Assembly: GCA_905234575.1 (NCBI GenBank) | Contig: CAJOIG010000001.1 | Location: 1 to 36,751 of the forward strand | Direction: 5' to 3' | DNA length: 36,751 nucleotides | From: an uncultured Oscillospiraceae bacterium | GTDB lineage: Bacteria > Bacillota > Clostridia > Oscillospirales > Oscillospiraceae | Part shown: positions 6,629 through 14,573 of the stretch, in pieces | How positions within the stretch are numbered: position 1 is the first letter of the stretch | Layout: each line of letters starts with the position of its first letter | Made by a program: the position numbers and the translations under genes | The notes under the pieces: model-generated | The model's database searches: none | What the model was told of the DNA's origin: nothing | The model's input: only the letters and a program-made list of their open reading frames with translations

Positions 6629-6873
6629 TGAGAACACCGGAACGGGGCCTTGTCGGCCTCGCGCCGAGGCGGAGGCTGGCGGGCTATACCCAGCAGAGCT
6701 TCGCCGCGGCGCTGAACGTATCGCGGTCCCTTGTCGCTGCATGGGAGGTGGGCCGCGTCTGGCCGTCGGCCGTATGGCTGCCGGAGCTCGCGCAGCGGCT
6801 GAGCTGCTCCATCGACGAGCTCTACCGACCGCCGGAGGAGCCCGGGACCATGCTATCACAGGAGGAGGCGTAA
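6628..6873 (+). CDS. XRE-type HTH protein (81 aa)
   Basis: HTH sequence LAGYTQQSFAAALNVSRSLVAAWEVGRVWPS. Confidence 0.7.
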   Translation: MRTPERGLVGLAPRRRLAGYTQQSFAAALNVSRSLVAAWEVGRVWPSAVWLPELAQRLSCSIDELYRPPEEPGTMLSQEEA

Positions 6874-6877
6874 AGCC

Positions 6878-7327
6878 ATGCAGGAGGACTACCGAAATAT
6901 CTATCTGGACGCCAGGCGGACTGCCGGTTTAACACAGGAGCGATGGGCCGAGGTGCTGGGGATCAGCGTGGAGGCCGTGAGGCTCTATGAGTCCGGGACG
7001 AACATGCCGTCGGACGGCGTTGTGCTGCGGATGGCCGAGGCCGCCGGGCAGCACATCATCTGCTACTGGCACCTCCTCCGCAAGAGCCGCGTGGCCGCGG
7101 ACATCCTGCCGGAGGTCCGGGAGAAGGCGCTGCCCGAGGCGGTGCTGGATCTGCTGTGCCGCCTGAAGGAGTTTTCCGCGGACGGCATGGAGGATCTCAT
7201 CCGGATCGCGGCGGACGGCCGCGTGGACGCCTCGGAGCGCGAGCCCTACATCTGCGCCATGAACCAGCTCCGGGCGCTCGTGTCCGCGGGGCTGCACATG
7301 GAGTACGCGAAGGGAGGCGAGGACTGA
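6878..7327 (+). CDS. HTH (XRE-like N-terminal domain) regulatory protein, 149 aa
   Basis: HTH sequence AGLTQERWAEVLGISVEAVRLYESGTNMPS. Tightly packed with its neighbours. Confidence 0.7.
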   Translation: MQEDYRNIYLDARRTAGLTQERWAEVLGISVEAVRLYESGTNMPSDGVVLRMAEAAGQHIICYWHLLRKSRVAADILPEVREKALPEAVLDLLCRLKEFSADGMEDLIRIAADGRVDASEREPYICAMNQLRALVSAGLHMEYAKGGED

Positions 7328-7560
7328 TGGAATGGCTCACGCGAGAGCAGGCGCGCGAGCGCCTGGGCATCGGCCTGCGGACGCTGGACCGGCTGATCGC
7401 CGAGGGGAAGCTCCCGGCGTACAAGGTGGGCTCGAGGCTCGTCCGCATCCGGGATACCGACATCGACGCCTACATGGCCGGGCAGCTCGTCGTGCCGGAG
7501 AAGGCTAAGCCGATCAAGCTGCGCCCCTGCGGCTATGTGCCGGGCATGAAGGTGGTGTGA
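7327..7560 (+). CDS. Excisionase-family / MerR-type HTH DNA-binding protein (candidate Xis)
   Basis: Sequence LTREQARERLGIGLRTLDRLIAEGKLPAYKVGSRLVRIRDTDIDAYM. ATGA overlap with the upstream stop. Confidence 0.65.
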   Translation: MEWLTREQARERLGIGLRTLDRLIAEGKLPAYKVGSRLVRIRDTDIDAYMAGQLVVPEKAKPIKLRPCGYVPGMKVV

Positions 7561-7751
7561 GTATGACCTGGAGTTATGTCTGGACGTTTCTGGCGGCGTG
7601 GTCGTCGGCACGCTGGCGGGGCTGATCCTCGCGGCGCTGTTTTCGGCGGGCGACCGATAAGGAGGAACTGACAACAGCCGAAACGCCCTGACGGGCGTCC
7701 GCCGCGGGATCGCCTCCCGGCGCTGAAGATGGCAGGCGAGAAAGGAAAAAC

Positions 7752-8048
7752 ATGTACGAAGGAAAAAAGTGCGTCGTCCGCTGCAACGGCGCCGGAGTCT
7801 TTTTCGCAGAGATCAAGGAGTGGAAGCCGGAAACCGGCGTGGCCACGCTGAGGAACGCGCGGCGCCTGTGGCGCTGGTATGGTGCCAGCGAGTGCCTGCA
7901 GCTGGCTCAGGAGGGAACGAAGGAACCCCGTAACTGTAAGTTTACCCTTTTCGTGCCGGAGCTGACAGTGGCGAATGTGCTGGAGGTCACGCCCTGCACT
8001 GAGGAGGCGTCGAGCAGTCTGGAGAATGTCCCGGTATGGAAGAGCTGA
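7752..8048 (+). CDS. Hypothetical phage protein (98 aa)
   Basis: RBS AAAGGAAAAA, GC3 bias. Confidence 0.65.
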   Translation: MYEGKKCVVRCNGAGVFFAEIKEWKPETGVATLRNARRLWRWYGASECLQLAQEGTKEPRNCKFTLFVPELTVANVLEVTPCTEEASSSLENVPVWKS

Positions 8049-8770
8049 TTAAACAATTTCTCGGCATAAGCTCCGGCTACGGCTACGGCTACGGCTCCGG
8101 CGACGGCTCCGGCGACGGCTCCGGCGACGGCTACGGCGACGGCTACGGCGACGGCTCCGGCTACGGCGACGGCTCCGGCTACGGCTACGGCGACGGCTCC
8201 GGCTACGGCTACGGCGACGGCTCCGGCTACGGCTCCGGCTACGGCGACGGCGACGGCGTCGGCGACGGCGACGGCTACGGCGTCGGCGACGGCTCCGGCT
8301 TAATCACATATAACGGTCAACCGGTTTACCTGGTGGACGGATTGCCGACGCTGATCGACCGAGTCCGCCTCGGCGTGGCAAAGGGCAGGATCGTCAACGG
8401 CGATCTGACGCTCAGACCCTGCTACATCGTCAAGCAGGACGATACGTTCGCCCACGGCGAGACGCTGCATGCGGCCCGGGAGGCACTGCTTGAAAAGCTG
8501 TTTGACGATATGCCGGAGGAGGACCGGATCGCCGCATTTGTCGAGGCGCATAAGCCGGGGACGACTTATCCAAACACGGATTTCTTCTCCTGGCACCACC
8601 GGCTCACCGGCTCCTGCGAGATGGGCCGCCGGCAGTTTGCCAGGGATCACGAGATCGACGTGGAGCATGGCAGCATGACGCCGGAGGAATTTATCCGTCT
8701 TACGGAGACAAGCTACGGCTCGGCCACGATCCGCATGCTGAAGGCGCATTATGAGGTAGGGCAGCCATGA
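8036..8770 (+). CDS. Protein with an N-terminal (Gly-Tyr/Ser/Asp/Val)n low-complexity region and a conserved-looking C-terminal globular domain
   Basis: 244 aa. Residues ~13-88 are G-X dipeptide repeats. The C-terminal half is non-repetitive (FFSWHHRLTGSCEMGRRQFARDHEIDVEHGSMTPEEFIRL). Confidence 0.7.
   Translation: MEELIKQFLGISSGYGYGYGSGDGSGDGSGDGYGDGYGDGSGYGDGSGYGYGDGSGYGYGDGSGYGSGYGDGDGVGDGDGYGVGDGSGLITYNGQPVYLVDGLPTLIDRVRLGVAKGRIVNGDLTLRPCYIVKQDDTFAHGETLHAAREALLEKLFDDMPEEDRIAAFVEAHKPGTTYPNTDFFSWHHRLTGSCEMGRRQFARDHEIDVEHGSMTPEEFIRLTETSYGSATIRMLKAHYEVGQP
8071..8300 (+). repeat. In-frame hexanucleotide repeat tract (GGCTAC / GGCTCC / GGCGAC / GGCGTC units)
   Basis: About 230 bp of strict GGC-NNC periodicity, visible directly in the sequence. 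Confidence 0.9.
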
Positions 8771-8830
8771 GAGCAACAAAAAAGGCCGGGGCGGCGCTGC
8801 ATGCCGTCCCGGCGGTGGTAGCACAAAGGC

Positions 8831-8843
8831 TATCACGAGAACA
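8831..8843 (+). promoter_or_regulatory. Motif TATCACGAGAACA (copy 3 of 4)
   Basis: Lies in the 8771-8891 intergenic gap upstream of the replication organizer gene. Confidence 0.5.
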
Positions 8844-8891
8844 AAATTATTTTATCAGACTTTCCGGCGGATGTCAAGGAGGTGACGGAGC

Positions 8892-9632
8892 ATGGGCGTG
8901 ATCCGCGTGGAGCACAACGCAAACTACACCACCATGGCCAACTACCACCTCCGGGACCGGCGGCTGAGCCTGCGGGCCGTGGGGCTCATGAGCAAGATGC
9001 TGAGCTTCCCGGAGGACTGGGACTACACCGTCAAGGGCCTGGCCTCGATCTGCGTCGAGGGCCGGGACGCGGTGCGGAAGGCGCTCATGGAGCTGGAGGC
9101 CGCGGGCTACCTTGTGCGGGAGCAGACCCGCGGGAGCCACGGCAGCTTCGCCGGGAACGACTACACCCTGTACGAGGCACCGACCGCCGCCGAAAATCCA
9201 CCGTTGACTGAAAACCCGTCAGCGGGTGAGCCGTCAGCGGCGGAACCGTCAGCGGGAAAACCGTTGACGGAGAATCCGCCACAAATAAATAACTTACTTA
9301 ACCAAAGTACGAAAGGAACAAAACATGCGCCGGCGAGCTCGACGAGCTGGGAGCCGGAGATGTTTGAGCGCTTCTGGCGGGCGTACCCCAAGAAGGGCCG
9401 CAAGGACAAGGCCACCGCCCGGCGCGAGTGGGACAGGCTGAAACCAGACCGCGAACTCATGCGCGTCATGAGTGCTGCGCTCGACCGAGCCAAGACCTCG
9501 GACGAATGGCAGCGCGGCATCGGCATCCCCTACGCCTGCCGGTGGCTCCGAAACCGCCGCTGGGAGGACGAGCCCGACACGGCGCCGGAGGCCGACGCCC
9601 CCGAGGAAAGGCTGGTGGGCGAGCAATGGTAG
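8892..9632 (+). CDS. Replication initiator / replisome organizer (N-terminal winged-helix domain, DnaD-like context)
   Basis: The N-terminus (NYTTMANYHLRDRRLSLRAVGLMSKMLSFPEDWDYTVKGLASI...LMELEAAGYLVRE) is typical of Firmicutes phage/ICE initiators. It sits directly upstream of, and overlaps, the DnaB-like helicase gene. RBS AAGGAGG. Confidence 0.7.
   Translation: MGVIRVEHNANYTTMANYHLRDRRLSLRAVGLMSKMLSFPEDWDYTVKGLASICVEGRDAVRKALMELEAAGYLVREQTRGSHGSFAGNDYTLYEAPTAAENPPLTENPSAGEPSAAEPSAGKPLTENPPQINNLLNQSTKGTKHAPASSTSWEPEMFERFWRAYPKKGRKDKATARREWDRLKPDRELMRVMSAALDRAKTSDEWQRGIGIPYACRWLRNRRWEDEPDTAPEADAPEERLVGEQW
9201..9275 (+). repeat. Five 15-nt-phased iterons (CCGTTGAC / CCGTCAGCGG cores at 9201, 9216, 9231, 9246, 9261) followed by an AT-rich stretch (9281-9325): candidate phage origin inside the initiator gene
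   Basis: Exact 15-nt register. The three central cores are identical, and the outer two share CCGTTGAC. Confidence 0.55.
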
Positions 9633-11026
9633 CGGACTACGCAAGCCTGGAAAAGAACCTCCCGGAGGTGAGCGTCATCGGCTCCATGCTGATCGACGAC
9701 CGCACCGTCCCCATGCTCATGCAGGAGCTGACGCCGGAGCATTTTACCGACGGCGAGCTCCGGCACGTCTTCGAGGCCATCCGGGAGATCTTCCAGCGCC
9801 ACGGCAACGTGGACGTCACGACCGTGCTCGGGCAGCTCGGGGACGAGGGTTACGCGCCGAAGCTCATCGCCGTCATGGATCTGACGCCCACGGCGGCCAA
9901 CTGCATGGAGTACGCCCGGATCCTTCGGGACCGGCGCACGCTGCGGCAGATCCAGGGGGCCTGCATGGAGATCCTCAGCGAGGGCACGGACCTCGACCGG
10001 GCAAAGGAGCTGCTCGCCGGGGCCGCGGGGCTGCTGGCCGAGCGGCCGAACGACCGGGGCCGGAGCTATGTGGAGCTCCTCGCGGACCTGCTGACCCGGC
10101 AGGCCGACAAGACCCCGCCCGACTATCTCGACTGGGGCATCGAGGCCCTCAACAAAAAGCTGCACGCCGGGCCCGGGCGCTTTATCCTCCTGGGCGCGGA
10201 CAGCTCCGTCGGCAAGACGGCGCTGGCCCTGCAGTTTGCCCTCGCCATCGCCAAGGCGGGCAAATCCGTCGGCTTTTTTTCCTACGAGACCACCCTGGCC
10301 GACGCCGCGGACCGTCTGGCCGCCAACGACGCGGACGTCAGCCTGAGCCGGATCAAGGCGAAGGGGCTGGAGCGCGGGGAGATCGAGCGGATCATCCAGG
10401 CGGCGACGGACTTCGGCGAGAAAAACCTGTACATCCAGGAGAGCGCCCGGTACACCGTCGACCAGCTCCGGGCCAAGACCATCGCCAAGGGATTCCGGGT
10501 CATCGTGATCGATTACGTCCAGCTCATCCCCACGCGGCGCCGGGAGCGCTACGACGCGGTGACGGAGATCTCCATCGGCCTGCACGCCATGGCCCAGGAG
10601 CTCGGCGTCACGGTCATCGGCCTCTCGCAGGTCACGGTCCCGGAGACTGACAAAAAGGGCCGCCGGCGCTACATCACCAAGGAGGACCTTCGGGAGAGCC
10701 GGCAGCTCAAGCAGGACGCGGACATCATCCTCCTGCTGGACCTCGTGGAACCGACCGACCCCTACGGCAACCGGATCCTGCAGGTGGCAAAAAACCGGGA
10801 CGGTCCCCTGGGGCGCGTCGTTCTCCAGTTCCGGCCCTCGCGGATGCGGTTTGTGTACGTCGATCCGGTGGAGAGCGAGGCGGACAAAAAGCGCCGGGAG
10901 AAGCTCGCCGCCATGGACGCAAAGCGCGAGGCCGAGCGGCAGGCCCGGGCCGACGCCGCCGACTGGAAGGAGCGGCAGGGCGATATGTTCCAGGACATCG
11001 ACGACAAGGAGGACATCCCGTTTTGA
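9626..11026 (+). CDS. dnaB: Replicative DNA helicase (DnaB family)
   Basis: DnaB N-domain-like start (EVSVIGSMLIDDRTVP...) and Walker A GADSSVGKT. The ATG at 9626 overlaps the upstream stop (ATGGTAG). The N-terminal extension in the ORF track is rejected. Confidence 0.85.
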   Translation: MVADYASLEKNLPEVSVIGSMLIDDRTVPMLMQELTPEHFTDGELRHVFEAIREIFQRHGNVDVTTVLGQLGDEGYAPKLIAVMDLTPTAANCMEYARILRDRRTLRQIQGACMEILSEGTDLDRAKELLAGAAGLLAERPNDRGRSYVELLADLLTRQADKTPPDYLDWGIEALNKKLHAGPGRFILLGADSSVGKTALALQFALAIAKAGKSVGFFSYETTLADAADRLAANDADVSLSRIKAKGLERGEIERIIQAATDFGEKNLYIQESARYTVDQLRAKTIAKGFRVIVIDYVQLIPTRRRERYDAVTEISIGLHAMAQELGVTVIGLSQVTVPETDKKGRRRYITKEDLRESRQLKQDADIILLLDLVEPTDPYGNRILQVAKNRDGPLGRVVLQFRPSRMRFVYVDPVESEADKKRREKLAAMDAKREAERQARADAADWKERQGDMFQDIDDKEDIPF

Positions 11027-11259
11027 TCGCCATCGACCAGCGCGACCCCATTCTCCCGGCGCAAGGGCCGCGGATCGGAGACAAGGTCCGTTTCATCCCC
11101 TCGTGCAATTACGACAACAGCGCCGGCTTCGGCGGCATCCTCATGACGCCGGTCACCGGCACCATCGTGCAGATCCACGCCGACCACCGCTGGTACCGCG
11201 TGGAGTACATCATGGGAGACAACCCCGGCTGCATCGGGTACGAGTGCTTCAAATACTGA
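11023..11259 (+). CDS. Hypothetical protein (78 aa, TTG start overlapping the dnaB stop)
   Basis: GC3 bias and overlap coupling. The start codon is uncertain. Confidence 0.5.
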   Translation: MIAIDQRDPILPAQGPRIGDKVRFIPSCNYDNSAGFGGILMTPVTGTIVQIHADHRWYRVEYIMGDNPGCIGYECFKY

Positions 11260-11273
11260 CAAATCAAGGAGGT

Positions 11274-11286
11274 TATCATGAGAACA
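11274..11286 (+). promoter_or_regulatory. Motif TATCATGAGAACA (copy 4 of 4, one mismatch), overlapping the parA start codon
   Basis: Same 13-mer family as the copies at 6186, 6616 and 8831. Confidence 0.4.
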
Positions 11287-12033
11287 ACAGCGATCCTCAA
11301 TCTCAAGGGCGGCGTGGCGAAGACCACCACGTGCGTCAACATGGCGGCGATCCTCGCCAAGGACTACAAAAAGCGCGTCCTGGTGGTGGACGCGGACAGC
11401 CAGGCAAACACCACCGAGTTCCTGGGCGGCCAGCCCGGATACTCCACCATGGGTGACCTGCTCCGGCGGATCGACCTCAATCCGATCATCCAGCCCTCCT
11501 CCCTGCCGGGCGTTTCGCTTCTCGCGGCGGACGAGAGCCTCATGGATCTCGACCTCTCCGCGGTCAAGAGCAAGACGGCGCACGTCGAGGATCTCCGGCG
11601 GCTGCTGGTCAGTTTCGCGGGCTCCTACGACCACTGCCTCATCGACTGCCCGCCGGCCTTCAGCGCGGCGAGCGCGGCGGCGCTCCTCGCGGCGGATGAC
11701 GTCGTCATCCCCATCAAGCTCGACGCCTTTTCCCTCCGCGGCATGGCAAACCTCATCCGGCAGGTCCGCAACATGCAGGAGATCAACCCCGTCCTGCGGG
11801 TGGCCGGGCTCCTGCCCGTGATGGTCTACCGCTCCGACCGCATCAAGGCGGCGCTGGAGGTGCTCTATGCTTCCGACTTCCCCATCTTCCCTGTTATCCA
11901 CCGATCCGACAAGGTCGATGACATGACTTTTGCCCAGAAGCCGCTGGTGGAGAGCTCGCCGAAGTCGGCGGCCTGCGTCAGCTACCGCCGGTTCGTCCGG
12001 GCGTATCTGGAGGGAGGCGCGGGAAATGGCTGA
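11278..12033 (+). CDS. parA: ParA/Soj-family partition ATPase
   Basis: Deviant Walker A LKGGVAKTT, then VLVVDADSQANTT. RBS AAGGAGG. Confidence 0.85.
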   Translation: MRTTAILNLKGGVAKTTTCVNMAAILAKDYKKRVLVVDADSQANTTEFLGGQPGYSTMGDLLRRIDLNPIIQPSSLPGVSLLAADESLMDLDLSAVKSKTAHVEDLRRLLVSFAGSYDHCLIDCPPAFSAASAAALLAADDVVIPIKLDAFSLRGMANLIRQVRNMQEINPVLRVAGLLPVMVYRSDRIKAALEVLYASDFPIFPVIHRSDKVDDMTFAQKPLVESSPKSAACVSYRRFVRAYLEGGAGNG

Positions 12034-13297
12034 ATTTGACCTTTCTGCGCTCATGAAGGACGTGTCCAAATCGGGTACCGGCCGGGAGCAGATCCGATAC
12101 ATCGCCTGGGAAAACATCCGCCCGGCGGAGAACAACGGCTACAGCATGGACGGCTTGCCGGATCTCGCCCGGAGCATCGAGCTCGTGGGGCTGCAGCAGC
12201 CGCTGCGGGTGCGGCCCCTGGCGGACGACTCCGTCGAGGTGATCTCGGGACACCGGCGCCGGGCGGCCATCGGGCTGCTGATCGACCAGGGCTCCAAGCG
12301 CTTTGACGGCGGCGTGCCCTGCATCGTGGATACCTCGGCCGCGTCGCCGGCCCTGCGGGAGCTGCAGCTCCTCCTCGGCAACGCGGACAACCGCAAGCTC
12401 ACGAGCGCCGACGAGGCCCAGCAGGCCGAGCGCATATCCGACTGCATCCGCCGCCTGGAGGACGAGGGGTACGAGTTCCCCGGCCGGCACCGGGACTGGG
12501 TGAGCAAGCTCTCCGGCATGAGCCGGTCGAAGCTCGCCCGGCTGAAGGTCATCCGGGACAGGCTGGCCCCCGGCCTCCGCGAGCAGTACGAAGAAGGGGA
12601 GCTCAATGAATCCGTAGCCTATGAGTTTTCCAAATTCGACCACGCGAAACAGGACCAAATATGGGATGATCTCGCAGAGGCCAACCTCCCATTTACCGTT
12701 GAAAACGTCCAGCGGGCAGCGGGCCGGCTTCCGAAAGAGGCCCCGCCGCCGACGCCACAGACGAAAAAACTGCCGGCCGACTCCACCGTCTGGCTGAAGC
12801 CAAAGGACGCATACCGGCGGATAACATCCATTCGGACGGCTGCCTCTGCCCTGGGCATCACGCCGGAGAAGTCGATCCAGGAGCAGATCGAAGCCCTTAT
12901 GCGCGATTGCCGGTCCCATCGCGGCGCCGGCGGCCCCGGCTACAATGTCGAGTTGCGACCGCCATGTCATGTGATCCTGGATGAATACACGCGCTATGAG
13001 CGGCGATATACGATCAAACAGTTTCTTGAGCTTGTCGCGGAGGTGTGGATTGAAAACGATCTGAACGCGTTCCAGGCGGATACCGTCCGGACGCCCGCGC
13101 TTACCGATGTGTGGTATGACACCGAGGAAGGCGATTTTCCGGACGAAGATATTGATCTTGCGGACATCATCGCCTGGGGCGACGCCGGACTTAAGACCGT
13201 ACCGGGTACGAGCTTCCTACGCGCATACCAGGCATTCCCCGGCCGCTATCGCTGGTGGGCCGTGGTCGACGGCCCGGAGGAGGACGAGGACGAATGA
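12026..13297 (+). CDS. parB: ParB-like protein (ParB/Srx N-terminal domain) with a long uncharacterised C-terminal extension
   Basis: Motifs LARSIELVGLQQPLRVRP and VISGHRRRAA. The start overlaps the parA stop (ATGGCTGA). Confidence 0.75.
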   Translation: MAEFDLSALMKDVSKSGTGREQIRYIAWENIRPAENNGYSMDGLPDLARSIELVGLQQPLRVRPLADDSVEVISGHRRRAAIGLLIDQGSKRFDGGVPCIVDTSAASPALRELQLLLGNADNRKLTSADEAQQAERISDCIRRLEDEGYEFPGRHRDWVSKLSGMSRSKLARLKVIRDRLAPGLREQYEEGELNESVAYEFSKFDHAKQDQIWDDLAEANLPFTVENVQRAAGRLPKEAPPPTPQTKKLPADSTVWLKPKDAYRRITSIRTAASALGITPEKSIQEQIEALMRDCRSHRGAGGPGYNVELRPPCHVILDEYTRYERRYTIKQFLELVAEVWIENDLNAFQADTVRTPALTDVWYDTEEGDFPDEDIDLADIIAWGDAGLKTVPGTSFLRAYQAFPGRYRWWAVVDGPEEDEDE

Positions 13298-13560
13298 AAG
13301 TGAAACGCTTCAGCGCCATCGACGTATCTATCGCCACGGGAAGACCATACTCCACGGTGACAAACTATGCCAGCAAGAAGCACTTTCCGTCCCGGGATGG
13401 CTTCACCGCGGAACAGGTCATCGACTTCGTTCAGTCCACGGCGCCAATGAGAAGACCATGCAAGACGCCAAATGCGGATGACATACAGACGCTCGAGCTG
13501 ATCCTGTCTCTTTGGGGCCTGCCCACAGGAAGCGGGGAAATCCCGGAGGTGAAGACATGA
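13294..13560 (+). CDS. Hypothetical protein (88 aa)
   Basis: ATGA overlap with the parB stop; GC3 bias. Confidence 0.6.
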   Translation: MKVKRFSAIDVSIATGRPYSTVTNYASKKHFPSRDGFTAEQVIDFVQSTAPMRRPCKTPNADDIQTLELILSLWGLPTGSGEIPEVKT

Positions 13561-13781
13561 AGATCTATCGCAACGGCGACCGGTGCCCCTGCTGCGGGGA
13601 GATCATCGAGGGCAGGCCCGACCAGTGGCTGGAGCTGTTCTCTTCGACCGTCTATTTCATGGGCCTGAGCGAGCCGGATCCGGTCGACGCCGAAGCGATG
13701 GCCGCCATCGACCGCCACGAAGCCGAGTTCGCCGCCGACGGCACCCGCGCCTTCGGGCCGTACAGAGGTGACGGGACGTGA
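13557..13781 (+). CDS. Hypothetical protein with a CPCC motif (74 aa)
   Basis: ATGA overlap coupling. Confidence 0.6.
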   Translation: MKIYRNGDRCPCCGEIIEGRPDQWLELFSSTVYFMGLSEPDPVDAEAMAAIDRHEAEFAADGTRAFGPYRGDGT

Positions 13782-14437
13782 AGCCGATCCTGTTCAACAC
13801 GGAAATGGTCCGGGCGATCCTGGACGGAAGAAAAACGCAGACGCGGAGGGTTATAAAGCCGCAGCCGAACAGTACCTTCGACCGCCATTGGCAGTGTTTT
13901 ACAGCCGAGAACGGCGAAATAGTCGTACTTATGGAGCCATATCGGCCCGGAGATGTCCTGTATGTCCGGGAGACGTGGGCGGAGTGGACGGGCGGATATG
14001 TCTATAAAGCAGATGGCTCTGCTTCTCCCTATCCGCTGGCCTTCGTGGATAGATGGCGTCCCTCCATCCACATGCCGAAAGAGGCGGCACGGCTATTCCT
14101 CCGGGTGACGGATGTGCGGGTGGAGCGGCTGCAAGAGAGTTTCAATGCTCCAACTACCCCTATCCTTTCGGTTGAGGCCGAGGGTATTGACATCGGCGAC
14201 ACCTGCCGGGAGTGCGTCGATAGCTACAGATGGCCCTGCTGTGTTGACGCTCTTGACGATGATGGCAGCACCCTCGGTGAGTGCGGAATGCTTGATACAA
14301 ACCGTGGCGAATTTTCCGACCTATGGGACAGCACCATCAAGCCCGCCGACCGCGAGCGCTACGGCTGGGCCACCAATCCCTGGGTGTGGGTGATCAGCTT
14401 CGAGCGCTGCGAGAAACCGAAGGAGAAAGACGCATGA
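13778..14437 (+). CDS. ASCH/PUA-like domain protein (phage-associated)
   Basis: The N-terminus (KPILFNTEMVRAILDGRKTQTRRVIKPQP) matches the phage ASCH-like family I recognise. GTGA overlap start. Confidence 0.5.
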   Translation: MKPILFNTEMVRAILDGRKTQTRRVIKPQPNSTFDRHWQCFTAENGEIVVLMEPYRPGDVLYVRETWAEWTGGYVYKADGSASPYPLAFVDRWRPSIHMPKEAARLFLRVTDVRVERLQESFNAPTTPILSVEAEGIDIGDTCRECVDSYRWPCCVDALDDDGSTLGECGMLDTNRGEFSDLWDSTIKPADRERYGWATNPWVWVISFERCEKPKEKDA

Positions 14438-14568
14438 AAGACGACAATTTGCTTTTATCCATCGTTCTGGCGGTCATTATCGCCGCCGCCGTCTGGTACG
14501 GGTGCTGGGTCTGGAAGAATCCCGATTTGACCACCTTCCAGAAGCTGCTCCTGCTGAAAGGACGGTGA
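14434..14568 (+). CDS. Small single-TM protein (44 aa)
   Basis: ATGA overlap; TM segment LLLSIVLAVIIAAAVWYGCWVW. Confidence 0.5.
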   Translation: MKDDNLLLSIVLAVIIAAAVWYGCWVWKNPDLTTFQKLLLLKGR

Positions 14569-14573
14569 CGGCC

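Noticed and set aside
7561-7751. A 190-nt gap after the excisionase-like gene. One frame encodes a TM-like peptide (...VSGGVVVGTLAGLILAALFSAGDR) and there is a hairpin ACGCCC-TGAC-GGGCGT (about 7683-7698).
   Set aside because: The hydrophobic frame has no ATG or convincing RBS-linked start (only an internal GTG). The hairpin lacks a U-tract. I cannot support either a CDS or a terminator.
8071-8300. The repeat tract considered as a possible CRISPR array or non-coding satellite.
   Set aside because: The period is 6 nt with no unique spacers. It is perfectly in frame within an ORF that has an RBS and a non-repetitive C-terminal domain. No cas genes are present in the window.
11027-13400. A search by eye for a parS-like palindrome near parAB.
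   Set aside because: No convincing 14-16 bp inverted repeat or repeated motif was found by eye. This is left as a computational check rather than a reported feature.
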